From an uncultured cyanobacterium (lineage in GTDB: Bacteria; Cyanobacteriota; Cyanobacteriia; Cyanobacteriales; CAWUOF01), in NCBI GenBank assembly GCA_963744145.1, contig CAVUSO010000001.1:4346943-4410942 (forward strand): a stretch of 64,000 bases of DNA. The letters are read 5' to 3'. The translations under genes and the position numbers were made by a program. Under the pieces are notes generated by a model, which saw only the letters and a list, made by a program, of their open reading frames with translations, was not told where the DNA came from and did no database searches. Of the stretch, positions 17,553-26,693 are shown piece after piece (within the stretch, counting starts at the first letter, position 1; every line of letters begins with the position of its first letter).

Positions 17553-18314
17553 TCAAATTCCAGAACCATCTAAAAACTCTTCAATCAACTTATCTTGAAT
17601 TCGACATTTTTGAGTAAATTCAACTAGAGATACAGCTGAATTTTGTCGTCGAATTCCCAATGGAACTAAAGCATTGCTGTGAGAATTGTTTAATTCTTGG
17701 AGTTGCTGTTCTAGAGATTCTAGACGATCAACTAAAACCCGAATTACTGCTGCTTCCGAGTCAGGTAAAGAACCATGTTCTAAGGGAGCAACCTTGACCC
17801 CAGAACGATGGATAATCCGTCCAGGTATCCCAACGACAGTACAATCTGATGGGACACTTCGTAACACCACCGAACCAGCACCAATCCGGACATTATCACC
17901 AATCTGAATATTGCCCAGAACCTTAGCACCTGCACCAACTACCACATTTTCACCCAAAGTGGGATGACGTTTACCACTTTCCTTACCAGTACCACCCAAG
18001 GTAACACCCTGGTAAATTAAAGCATAATTGCCAATAATGGCAGTTTCACCAATCACTACACCCATTCCGTGGTCAATAAATACACTATGTCCAATTACTG
18101 CACCAGGGTGAATTTCAATCCCAGTGATAAAACGAGCTAAGTGGGAAATTAACCGAGGAATAAACGGGAGTCCCAGTTGGTATAACCAATGGGAAAATCG
18201 GTGGAACAAGAGTGCTTGTAAACCTGGATAGCAGAATAACACTTCTAGCCAGTTGCGAGCCGCAGGGTCGCGCTCAAAAATTATCCGGAAATCAGCGTTG
18301 AGGGTATTTAGCAC
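17553..18314 (-). CDS. cysE: serine O-acetyltransferase
   Basis: [24 protein letters not shown] followed by hexapeptide repeats ([28 protein letters not shown]). Confidence 0.9.
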   Translation of the reverse strand: MLNTLNADFRIIFERDPAARNWLEVLFCYPGLQALLFHRFSHWLYQLGLPFIPRLISHLARFITGIEIHPGAVIGHSVFIDHGMGVVIGETAIIGNYALIYQGVTLGGTGKESGKRHPTLGENVVVGAGAKVLGNIQIGDNVRIGAGSVVLRSVPSDCTVVGIPGRIIHRSGVKVAPLEHGSLPDSEAAVIRVLVDRLESLEQQLQELNNSHSNALVPLGIRRQNSAVSLVEFTQKCRIQDKLIEEFLDGSGI

Positions 18315-18446
18315 AAATACTTATGACAGTTGAGCAAAACAAGTGATTGAATAACAGACTATTGATTATTTTAACGAAGATCGTTTATAATGGGAAAGCC
18401 TAATTAAGAAAACCGCAAAAATTGCGGCTCTCCAGAAAAAGAATAA

Positions 18447-18969
18447 TTATGGGCTTAATTCGGTGACAGAAATAGTATATTTCCGATTGATGTTTTCTAA
18501 GGGAGATCCCACCCAAATCTTATAGGTGCCTTTTCCCCAGCTTTTATCATCCACGCTAGCACCTCTATTAGTCGGATCTGTATCACCGCAACGAAATGTC
18601 GTGCCTCTTGGGTCCTTGGATCATTAAAGTGGTATCTTTACCACTACTGTCAACTTGGATTTTGAGGTGATCGAAGTCATCTTTCAAATCCATGATATAG
18701 TCAGGTTTCTGTTCAGCAAAGCCTAAACAAAGGTTGTTGTTGCGATCGCGGTTAGCGAGGGAAGGGAGAGAAAAAGACCCTCCTGTCTGACCAGATGGTA
18801 CTCCTACAGCAGATTTAAATCCTTTCGATAAGCTCAAAGTGCCAAAATTAGCCACCTGATCTGCTGCAAAAGTAGGTAAAGCACTTAAAACCGCAAGCGT
18901 ACTCAACAAAACACCGCATTTCAAATGCTGCATAGTTAAACTGAGCATTTTCAAGATCCTCGCGATCAA
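18447..18969 (-). pseudogene. secreted hypothetical protein, apparently frameshifted near 18600
   Basis: The ORF 18583..18969 has a signal peptide and ends ...MIQGPKRHDISLR*. Another frame continues as GTTFRCGDTDPTNRGASVDDKSWGKGTYKIWVGSPLENINRKYTISVTELSP* down to 18447. Confidence 0.4.
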
Positions 18970-19267
18970 TCCCAGGAGTTAAACCTCGTCTACTCACTGA
19001 GTGGACAATCTAGATGAGGCTAATTTAGTTTTAACAAACTGATGTGGCTTTGCTTGAGGTTCTAGTGACAATTATATGTCTGCCACATGAAATTGAGCTG
19101 GAACTAGATCTATTTCTGGGAGATCGGAGTAACTCAGATTGCTAGAACGGAACACTTTTGATATAAAATCCTATCATTAAGTTCCCACTCTCACCAGCTC
19201 TGATTAGTCCAAAACTGGTAGGAGTAGGCTTTTGCACTCACAAATATTTAGGAGAGGAGAGAAGATC

Positions 19268-19864
19268 ATGACATTTACACTTGCTGATTTACCTTTTGCT
19301 GATACTGCCCTGGAATCAGCCCATATGTCCAAGAACACTTTTTCCTTTCACCATGATAAGCATCATGCAGCTTATGTCAATAACCTCAACAATTTAATCA
19401 AAGATACAGAACTCGCACACCATTCCCTAGAAGATATCATCAAAGCTACCTTTAAAGATGCCGCCAAAGTCGGTATATTCAATAACGCTGCACAAGTTTG
19501 GAACCATGACTTTTTCTGGAAGTCCCTTAAACCAGGTGGTGGTGGTACACCATCTGGAAAGTTGGCTGATAAAATCCACGCAGATTTTGGTAGTTTTGAT
19601 AAATTTAAAGAAGAGTTCAAAACAGCCGCAGCAACTCAGTTTGGCAGTGGTTGGGCTTGGTTAGTATTAGATCATGGTACTTTAAAAGTAACCAAAACCC
19701 CCAATGCAGAAAACCCATTGGTTCACGGACAAACTCCGTTATTGACTCTTGATGTTTGGGAACACGCTTATTATCTAGATTTCCAAAACCGTCGTCCCGA
19801 TTTTATTGCTAATTTCCTCGATCACTTAGCTAACTGGGATTTTGCGACCGCAAATTTGGGCTAA
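19268..19864 (+). CDS. sodB: iron superoxide dismutase
   Basis: [25 protein letters not shown] and [13 protein letters not shown] at 19268 follows GGAGAGGAGAG. The ORF track starts at 19232. Confidence 0.9.
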   Translation: MTFTLADLPFADTALESAHMSKNTFSFHHDKHHAAYVNNLNNLIKDTELAHHSLEDIIKATFKDAAKVGIFNNAAQVWNHDFFWKSLKPGGGGTPSGKLADKIHADFGSFDKFKEEFKTAAATQFGSGWAWLVLDHGTLKVTKTPNAENPLVHGQTPLLTLDVWEHAYYLDFQNRRPDFIANFLDHLANWDFATANLG

Positions 19865-19989
19865 ATCTAGTCTGATGTTTGATTTTTTTTAATTGGACAA
19901 ATCCGCATTTCTCCCTATGATCTCATGGTGAGAAATGCTGGATTAGGATGGCTAAAATTAGTCCTCGTCTGGGAAAGTGGTGAGACAAA

Positions 19990-20214
19990 ATGGATAGCAA
20001 ACAATTAGCCCAATATATCGAAACAACTGATGGGATTACCAAACCTTGGCTATTATTGCAACTACGCTTAAAGAAACTTAAAGAACGTTCTTCTACGATT
20101 ACAGTAGAAGAGTATACCCACGAGTTAGCAGAAATTCACCAACATCTGATGAACTTAGGGGAATGGTGGGTCGGGATCGAACCAGAAGTATTTGGTTTGT
20201 CAAACAAAATCTGA
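19990..20214 (+). CDS. hypothetical protein
   Basis: 74-aa ORF with no recognised family. Confidence 0.35.
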   Translation: MDSKQLAQYIETTDGITKPWLLLQLRLKKLKERSSTITVEEYTHELAEIHQHLMNLGEWWVGIEPEVFGLSNKI

Positions 20215-20299
20215 AAAAGTTTAGATGAGTAGCAAAATATATGGGAATGGAAAAATTTCCATTCATGCAGCTTTTTGTCCATACCACTAACCTAAAATC

Positions 20300-22432
20300 A
20301 TGTCACGACCAAAAAAGACTGCTCCGGAAATTAATCTCCAAGCTCCCCAATATTACTTTAACCGAGAATTAAGCTGGCTAGAGTTCAATAGTCGAGTTTT
20401 GCACGAAGCACTAGACTCACGGACACCTTTGTTAGAGCGACTCAAGTTTTTGGCAATTTTTAGCTCTAACTTAGATGAATATTTTATGGTGCGGGTAGCT
20501 GCTCTGAAACAACAGGTGGAAGCAAAGGTAACTCAACGAACACCTGATGGTCGTACCCCACAGGAACAGCTCGATGCGATTAGTCAAGGGTTACACCCTA
20601 TGGTAACTCAACAACACCAGCATTTTGAAAAGGTGTTGCGATCGCAATTAGCCCTAGAAGGTATCCATCTGCTCGACTATGTGCAATTAAATCAGGAACA
20701 GAAGAGCTACCTCAAGGGTTATTTTGATGAACAAATTTTTCCAGTCCTGACACCTTTAGCGATCGATCCGGGTCATCCTTTTCCTTATATTTCTAATCTT
20801 AGTTTAAGTTTAGCTGTGGTGGTCAAAGACCCAGATACTGGAGAGGAAAAATTTGCCCGGGTCAAAGTTCCCAAAGTTTTACCCCGGTTTTTACCTTTAC
20901 CAGAGAATTTACGTTTTCAACAAAAAGATCAACTAGCAATTTGGACTGGAGTACCTTTAGAGCAGGTAATTGCTCATAATATTCAAGCATTGTTTTCCGG
21001 GATGGATATTCTGGAATATCACCCATTTCGGATTACAAGGAATGCGGATTTAGAAGTAGAAGAAGATGAAGCAGAGGATCTGTTACTTGCGATCGAACAG
21101 GAATTAAGAAAACGTCGGATTGGTGGTTCAGTAGTACGGATGGAAATTCAATCTACTATGCCCGAAGCGGTGTTAAGGATGTTAATGGAAGAATTATCCT
21201 TAACAGAAAGTGATGTTTATGCAGTTGAGGGGTTGTTGAGTTTAGGAGATTTAATGGGATTGATGGGACTACCTGTACCAGAATTAAAAGATCCGGTATG
21301 GACACCCGTTGTTCCCGGACCAATTCGGCGATTTAGTGAACAAATCGATGGGGATGAGGGACCAGATTTGTTTACTTTAATTAGGCATAAAGATTTACTA
21401 TTACACCATCCTTATCATTCTTTTGCCGCCACTGTGCAAATGTTTATTACTCAAGCTGCTCACGATCCAGCTGTATTAGCAATTAAAATGACTCTTTACC
21501 GGACTTCGGGAGATTCACCAATTGTTAATGCTTTGATTGCTGCTGCTGAAAATGGTAAACAAGTAGCAGTTTTGGTAGAATTGAAAGCACGTTTTGATGA
21601 GGAGAATAATATTAATTGGGCAAGGAAGTTAGAACAAGTTGGGGTTCATGTAGTGTATGGGTTAGTGGGATTAAAAACTCATACAAAAGTTGTGATGGTA
21701 GTCCGTCGAGAAGAAGGTCATATTCGGCGTTATGTGCATATCGGTACAGGGAACTATAATCCGAAGACAGCCCGACTTTATACAGATTTAGGTTTGTTAA
21801 GTTGTCGGGAAGAATTGGGTGCAGATTTGACCGATTTATTTAATTATTTGACTGGTTACTCCCGACAAAAATCCTATCGGAAATTGTTGATAGCTCCAGT
21901 AAATATGCGATCGCGAATGACTGAGTTAATTCTCCGGGAAGCTGAGAATTGTAAAAATGGTGGTTCGGGTCGAATTGTGGCTAAAATGAATGCTTTAGTC
22001 GATCCGCAAATTATTGCTACTCTCTATGAAGCAGCGATCGCTGGAGTCAAAATTGATTTAATTGTCCGAGGAATGTGTTGTTTACGTCCAGGGATTCCTG
22101 GTGTGAGTGAAAATATTCGTGTCGTTAGTATAGTTGGTCGTTTCTTAGAACACTCACGGATTTATTATTTTCATAACCAAGGACAAGAGGAGCTTTATAT
22201 TGGGAGTGCGGACTGGATGAATCGGAATCTGAGTCGTCGAGTGGAAGCAATTACACCGATCGAAGATCCAGAGATTGGTAAAGATTTAATGGAAATTCTG
22301 GCAATTATGCTAGCAGATAACCGTCAATCCTGGGAACTGCAACCAGATGGTCATTACATCCAAAATCATCCGGATGAAAACTCTCCTGAAAATAGCAGTC
22401 AAGTAATTTTAATGGAAATGGCACTACAATAA
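20300..22432 (+). CDS. ppk1: polyphosphate kinase 1
   Basis: 710 aa. YFNRELSWLEFNSRVLHEA N-terminus, a conserved KTHTK segment (LKTHTKVVMV) and two PLD-like C-terminal domains. Confidence 0.95.
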   Translation: MSRPKKTAPEINLQAPQYYFNRELSWLEFNSRVLHEALDSRTPLLERLKFLAIFSSNLDEYFMVRVAALKQQVEAKVTQRTPDGRTPQEQLDAISQGLHPMVTQQHQHFEKVLRSQLALEGIHLLDYVQLNQEQKSYLKGYFDEQIFPVLTPLAIDPGHPFPYISNLSLSLAVVVKDPDTGEEKFARVKVPKVLPRFLPLPENLRFQQKDQLAIWTGVPLEQVIAHNIQALFSGMDILEYHPFRITRNADLEVEEDEAEDLLLAIEQELRKRRIGGSVVRMEIQSTMPEAVLRMLMEELSLTESDVYAVEGLLSLGDLMGLMGLPVPELKDPVWTPVVPGPIRRFSEQIDGDEGPDLFTLIRHKDLLLHHPYHSFAATVQMFITQAAHDPAVLAIKMTLYRTSGDSPIVNALIAAAENGKQVAVLVELKARFDEENNINWARKLEQVGVHVVYGLVGLKTHTKVVMVVRREEGHIRRYVHIGTGNYNPKTARLYTDLGLLSCREELGADLTDLFNYLTGYSRQKSYRKLLIAPVNMRSRMTELILREAENCKNGGSGRIVAKMNALVDPQIIATLYEAAIAGVKIDLIVRGMCCLRPGIPGVSENIRVVSIVGRFLEHSRIYYFHNQGQEELYIGSADWMNRNLSRRVEAITPIEDPEIGKDLMEILAIMLADNRQSWELQPDGHYIQNHPDENSPENSSQVILMEMALQ

Positions 22433-22439
22433 TTAGTGG

Positions 22440-22470
22440 CTGGTTCATGGTGATTCATCCCATGAACCAG
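22440..22470. terminator. 11-bp perfect hairpin between convergent genes
   Basis: CTGGTTCATGG-TGATTCATC-CCATGAACCAG lies 8 nt after the ppk1 stop and 7 nt from the stop of the small minus-strand ORF. Confidence 0.55.
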
Positions 22471-22476
22471 GGATCA

Positions 22477-22656
22477 CTAATTATGATCTTCTGGAAAAGT
22501 CCGCTTAAATTCTTCCAGAAGATCATCAATTTCTTCTAGAGCTTGATTCACATCTAAGCGCAAATTTCCCAGATGAGGTTGCTCCAACAGTTGAACTAAA
22601 GACTCACGTTTAGCTTTAATCACCTTAATGCGGTCTTTAATGGTATCTATATCCAT
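22477..22656 (-). CDS. small 59-aa coiled-coil protein (below ORF-track cutoff)
   Basis: MDIDTIKDRIKVIKAKRESLVQLLEQPHLGNLRLDVNQALEEIDDLLEEFKRTFPEDHN*. It fills an otherwise empty 400-bp gap. Confidence 0.4.
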   Translation of the reverse strand: MDIDTIKDRIKVIKAKRESLVQLLEQPHLGNLRLDVNQALEEIDDLLEEFKRTFPEDHN

Positions 22657-22829
22657 TTTTTGCTTCCTTTACCAATGGGGGTACAATTTTTGTCTAGTAA
22701 TTACTAAAGACAATTTCAGTATAGATTCTAGCAGAGGATAGCAATTTGGCAAAATCGGAATTGTGTTTTTTGCTAAAATCAGATAAAATCTAAGTTGATC
22801 AGAAATCTATCACTGTAAGGAAATATCTC

Positions 22830-23267
22830 ATGGCTCTAACTGTAGGTTCAGACGCTCCCGCGTTTACGGTTAAAGATACTAACGGTAACGAGGTTAGTCT
22901 TTCTGATTTTAAGGGAAAAACCGTCGTTTTATACTTCTACCCCAAAGATGACACCCCAGGTTGTACCAAACAAGCTTGTAGTTTTAGGGACGCTGCTGAT
23001 ACCTATACAAGCAACAATGTGGTGGTACTTGGTGTGAGTGCAGATGACGAAGCGTCTCATCAAGCATTTACCAACAAGTATAATTTGAATTTCCCATTGC
23101 TTGCAGATACAGAGCAGCAGTTGATTAAAGCTTACGATGTTGATGGTGGAGGTTATGCTAAACGGGTTACTTATGTGATTGATGGTAATGGGAAGATCAC
23201 CCATGTCGATGGTAGCGTGAATACAGCTACTCATGCTAATGATGTCTTAGCTCAACTGGGCTTATGA
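22830..23267 (+). CDS. bcp: peroxiredoxin Q / Bcp
   Basis: FYPKDDTPGCTKQAC peroxidatic-Cys motif. Confidence 0.9.
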   Translation: MALTVGSDAPAFTVKDTNGNEVSLSDFKGKTVVLYFYPKDDTPGCTKQACSFRDAADTYTSNNVVVLGVSADDEASHQAFTNKYNLNFPLLADTEQQLIKAYDVDGGGYAKRVTYVIDGNGKITHVDGSVNTATHANDVLAQLGL

Positions 23268-23373
23268 TTTCTCAGCATAGACAATAATTTTTTCTAATCG
23301 CTGTTTTTGCAGGATTGAGCAACACCCAAAAAATATTTTTGGGTGTATTTGAATTTTAATGTTATGTTAATTG

Positions 23374-23713
23374 CAATACGATCAGTTAAGTGTAGGGGTG
23401 AAGCATTCGGGCGATAATTGAACAATCAAGCTAGTAATATTAGATCCGAATGCTTCACCCTTCTAAAGCGGAGAAGCTCCCAAAAAATTCTTAACTGAAT
23501 ATATTGTAGTATATAGTTGATCTGTTGGCTGCATAGATGTGAGGGCAAAGCATTTCGGTCATATTAATATATAGTTGATCTGTTGGCTGCATAGATGTGA
23601 GGGCAAAGCATTTCGGTCATATTATTCTTCCCTTCGACTACGCTCAGGATAAACGTTTAATCAATTATTTATTCGCCGAAATGCTTTGCCCCTACAGTTA
23701 ACTGAACCGGATT
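23374..23713. mobile_element. composite palindromic MITE, copy 1
   Basis: Ends CAATACGATCAGTTAAGTGTAGGGG ... CCCCTACAGTTAACTGAACCGGATTG. Inside are a GGTGAAGCATTCGG/CCGAATGCTTCACC hairpin, a GGGCAAAGCATTTCGG/CCGAAATGCTTTGCCC hairpin, and a 58-bp internal tandem duplication (23511-23626). Confidence 0.7.
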
Positions 23714-23777
23714 GTGTTATATTACTCTAGCTAACTACAAGTTGCATAGCAGAAAATTAATCTTTTGTTGATGTACT

Positions 23778-25880
23778 ATGAACAATTTACCCTCACCTCC
23801 ACCAGGATTTTCCCAGTTAACTATTCTCCAAAATACCAAAATTAAAAGTAAACCTAGTGATTCATCTCTATTAGCTAATAATGAAAAAGCTGATCTAACT
23901 CAAGGACAGAATTTTTTAATTATCGGTTATGTTTCCGTAGCTGGACATTTTCGAGTTACTCTCAGTGAAGCTATCCCCAATTTTGGCAAAATTGGTTATG
24001 TTTATGCACCTCATGTCCAAATTCAAAAAGATGGTCAAGCGATCGCTTATGATCCTAATGCTGTAACTTTAACCGTCCTCAAAAATGCTACCTTTAAAAA
24101 GCAACCAGTTGACGAAGCAAATCTGACCGATGGAGATAAAACTAATTTCCCCGTTGGGATGATTTATGGAGTATCTGGATATAGTTTTGAATCAGGACAG
24201 CTAAAAGTTTCCCTCACCGAAAATATCCCAAATTTTGGTAATACAGGTTATCTTCAGACTGATGTGGTTCAACTAAATCGAGGTGGTGAAATCTTCAACC
24301 TCACCCCAATCCTAACCTATCGAGGTCCGAAAGAACTTTTTGTCAAACAGCTCACAATTCTTAATGGAACTTTTGACCCCAAACAAGTAACTAATATTTC
24401 CTTAGTCGCTGAAGATAAATATCCTTTGAATGTAAGTTTAAATAAAAAAACAGGGGTTTGGCAAACCATTATAAAGCAAGGTTTTCAAGCTACAGGTGCG
24501 CGGTGGTTACGTTTAAAAGGAGCTAATAGTGCTGGCAAAATTGTGGGTAATCAAGTAATTAAACTGACCGTAATTACAGACAATCAAATAGCTGGTCAAA
24601 ATTTTACCTTAAATATTTTAAAAGATACATTTTTTAAAATCTCACCAAATGATTCTAGCAAACTAAATGACCAACAAAAAGTCTTTGTCAAAGCTGGTCA
24701 AACCTATACTGTCAGTAACTATGGTTACATCGATGGACATCTGAAAATCGCATTAACTAGCTTAATTCCACCTCTGGGAAACTTTGGCTATTTTTATGAA
24801 GGTGATGTCCAACTGAACAAAGGAAATCAAATTTTACGATTTGATATTGAAGATGTACCTAATTCTAATCTGAGCGCTCAGATGTTAGTGACTGAAAAAA
24901 CTCGGATCAAAATTCAGCCGATCGATTCAACCCACCTAGCTGATAATCAAAAAGCTGATTTACTCCAAGGACAAACTTTAGCAATTACTGGTTATGCTTG
25001 TACTCAAGGACATTTTCGAGTTACTTTAGCTGAACCAATACCAGGTTTTGGTAATGTGGGTTATATTTATTGGTTACACGTCCGGATTAAGAAAGATAAT
25101 CAGGTAATCGCTTATGATCCTGATGCGTTAACAGTCACAATTTTACAACCAACAATTTTAAAGAAAAAACCAGTAGATGGTAGTCAATTAAATGATAATG
25201 AAAAAGCAACTATGCCCTTAGGTAGAGTTTATGGATTATCTAGCTATGGAATCGAACAAGGACATATTAAAGTAGCTTTAACTGAACAATTACCACCAAT
25301 TGGTAATACTGGTTATGTTTATCCCAGTTATGTGTTAATGAGACGCGGTGGTACAACGATCAATCCTTATCCCAGTCAAGTAGAGTTAAATGTACCCTAT
25401 TTTTCCCAACGAGATAATCCACGTTTTTATGAGAGTACCTGTAATGTGACATCAATCTCAATGGCATTTTACTATTATGGAGTGCGATCGCAATCAGATG
25501 GACGTTTAGAAGATGAATTATTACAATGGTGTTTGGATAAATATGGTGAAGGTTCCCAAACAGATCATGATGTTTTAAATCAATTAATCTGTGCTTATGG
25601 GTTTAAGACAAGTTTTAGTACAGGTCGTCGTTGGTCAGATGTCACAGAAGAGATCATTAATCGTCGTCCGGTAATTCTTGCGGGTAACTTTACTCCCAGT
25701 GGGCATATAATTTGTGTAGTTGGGTTTACACCGGACGGTTTAATCGTTAATGATCCTTGGGGAGATGCTTTGAGTGGTTATGACGATACAGAAGGTGCGA
25801 AACTACTATATCCTAATAGTTATCTCAATGATGTAGCTGGTCCGGATGGCAATGTCTGGGCACACTTTATTTCCCGTTGA
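23778..25880 (+). CDS. multi-repeat (SH3b-like) protein with C-terminal C39-like/papain-fold peptidase domain
   Basis: Five ~65-aa repeats (K.P.DSS.L....KA.L.QGQ....GY....GHFRVTL.E.IP.FG..GY.Y). The C-terminus has VPYFSQRDN, Cys in STCNVTSISM, His in SGHIICVVGF, and NDPWG. Confidence 0.65.
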   Translation: MNNLPSPPPGFSQLTILQNTKIKSKPSDSSLLANNEKADLTQGQNFLIIGYVSVAGHFRVTLSEAIPNFGKIGYVYAPHVQIQKDGQAIAYDPNAVTLTVLKNATFKKQPVDEANLTDGDKTNFPVGMIYGVSGYSFESGQLKVSLTENIPNFGNTGYLQTDVVQLNRGGEIFNLTPILTYRGPKELFVKQLTILNGTFDPKQVTNISLVAEDKYPLNVSLNKKTGVWQTIIKQGFQATGARWLRLKGANSAGKIVGNQVIKLTVITDNQIAGQNFTLNILKDTFFKISPNDSSKLNDQQKVFVKAGQTYTVSNYGYIDGHLKIALTSLIPPLGNFGYFYEGDVQLNKGNQILRFDIEDVPNSNLSAQMLVTEKTRIKIQPIDSTHLADNQKADLLQGQTLAITGYACTQGHFRVTLAEPIPGFGNVGYIYWLHVRIKKDNQVIAYDPDALTVTILQPTILKKKPVDGSQLNDNEKATMPLGRVYGLSSYGIEQGHIKVALTEQLPPIGNTGYVYPSYVLMRRGGTTINPYPSQVELNVPYFSQRDNPRFYESTCNVTSISMAFYYYGVRSQSDGRLEDELLQWCLDKYGEGSQTDHDVLNQLICAYGFKTSFSTGRRWSDVTEEIINRRPVILAGNFTPSGHIICVVGFTPDGLIVNDPWGDALSGYDDTEGAKLLYPNSYLNDVAGPDGNVWAHFISR

Positions 25881-26076
25881 TTGGGAATTGGATTAAATTC
25901 CTGAGCTAATGGTTGTTGAGGGATAGAGAAGGAGCGATCGCTGATTTATAAGAAAGCAGCTAATTTATTTCAAGCTCAAGGAATAAATGAAGATGCTAAA
26001 AAAGCTTTAGTAATAATTGAGCAACTACCAGAATAGATAGGAGTAGCAATATTATTATCCGTAGGAAATTGATAGA

Positions 26077-26652
26077 TTATTGTTGCATTGGTTGATTCTT
26101 ATGATCAAGAAATTTGGTGGGATTTTCTGGATCTTCTTCCCATTTTAATGGGTTTTCTTGGATATAAAGTTTAATATTTTCATAGGCGCGATCGCTCCGA
26201 ATAATAGTTTCATAATAATTCCTTTGCCAAATAGTTCCGGAATTTCTAGTAATAGTATTTACCCGTCGCGTCGAAACTGATTTAAAATTTTGGACGATCG
26301 CTCCTAATGAGTCTTTTTTCGTACCATTAGGCATAGAATTTTTTGTTAAATCAGCAGTATGACTATTAATTAAATCAGAATGATCAATCAAGCAAATTAT
26401 GCCATGTAAATGATTAGGCATAACCACGAAATCATCCAGTCTAATTTTAGTAAAATTATTCGGTAAATTTAACCAAACTTCCTGCACTATTTTACCGATA
26501 ACACTAAGGGAAATAATCCCTCCTTTAATCTCACCAAATAAGCAATTTTTTTGAACAGAACAAATTGTCACAAAATAAGCACCAGCGCTGGCATAATCAT
26601 AACGAGGTAAACGAATTGAGCGACGGTGATGAACATCAGGATTATAAGACAT
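26077..26652 (-). CDS. REP-associated tyrosine transposase (RAYT, IS200/IS605 Y1 TnpA-like)
   Basis: 191 aa. HHRRSIRLPRYDYASAGAYFVTICS, HUH-type MPNHLHGII, and WQRNYYETIIR (Tyr motif). Confidence 0.8.
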   Translation of the reverse strand: MSYNPDVHHRRSIRLPRYDYASAGAYFVTICSVQKNCLFGEIKGGIISLSVIGKIVQEVWLNLPNNFTKIRLDDFVVMPNHLHGIICLIDHSDLINSHTADLTKNSMPNGTKKDSLGAIVQNFKSVSTRRVNTITRNSGTIWQRNYYETIIRSDRAYENIKLYIQENPLKWEEDPENPTKFLDHKNQPMQQ

Positions 26653-26693
26653 AAAAAAACATAACCTAAATTTTTCATAATTTTATCCCCTCC

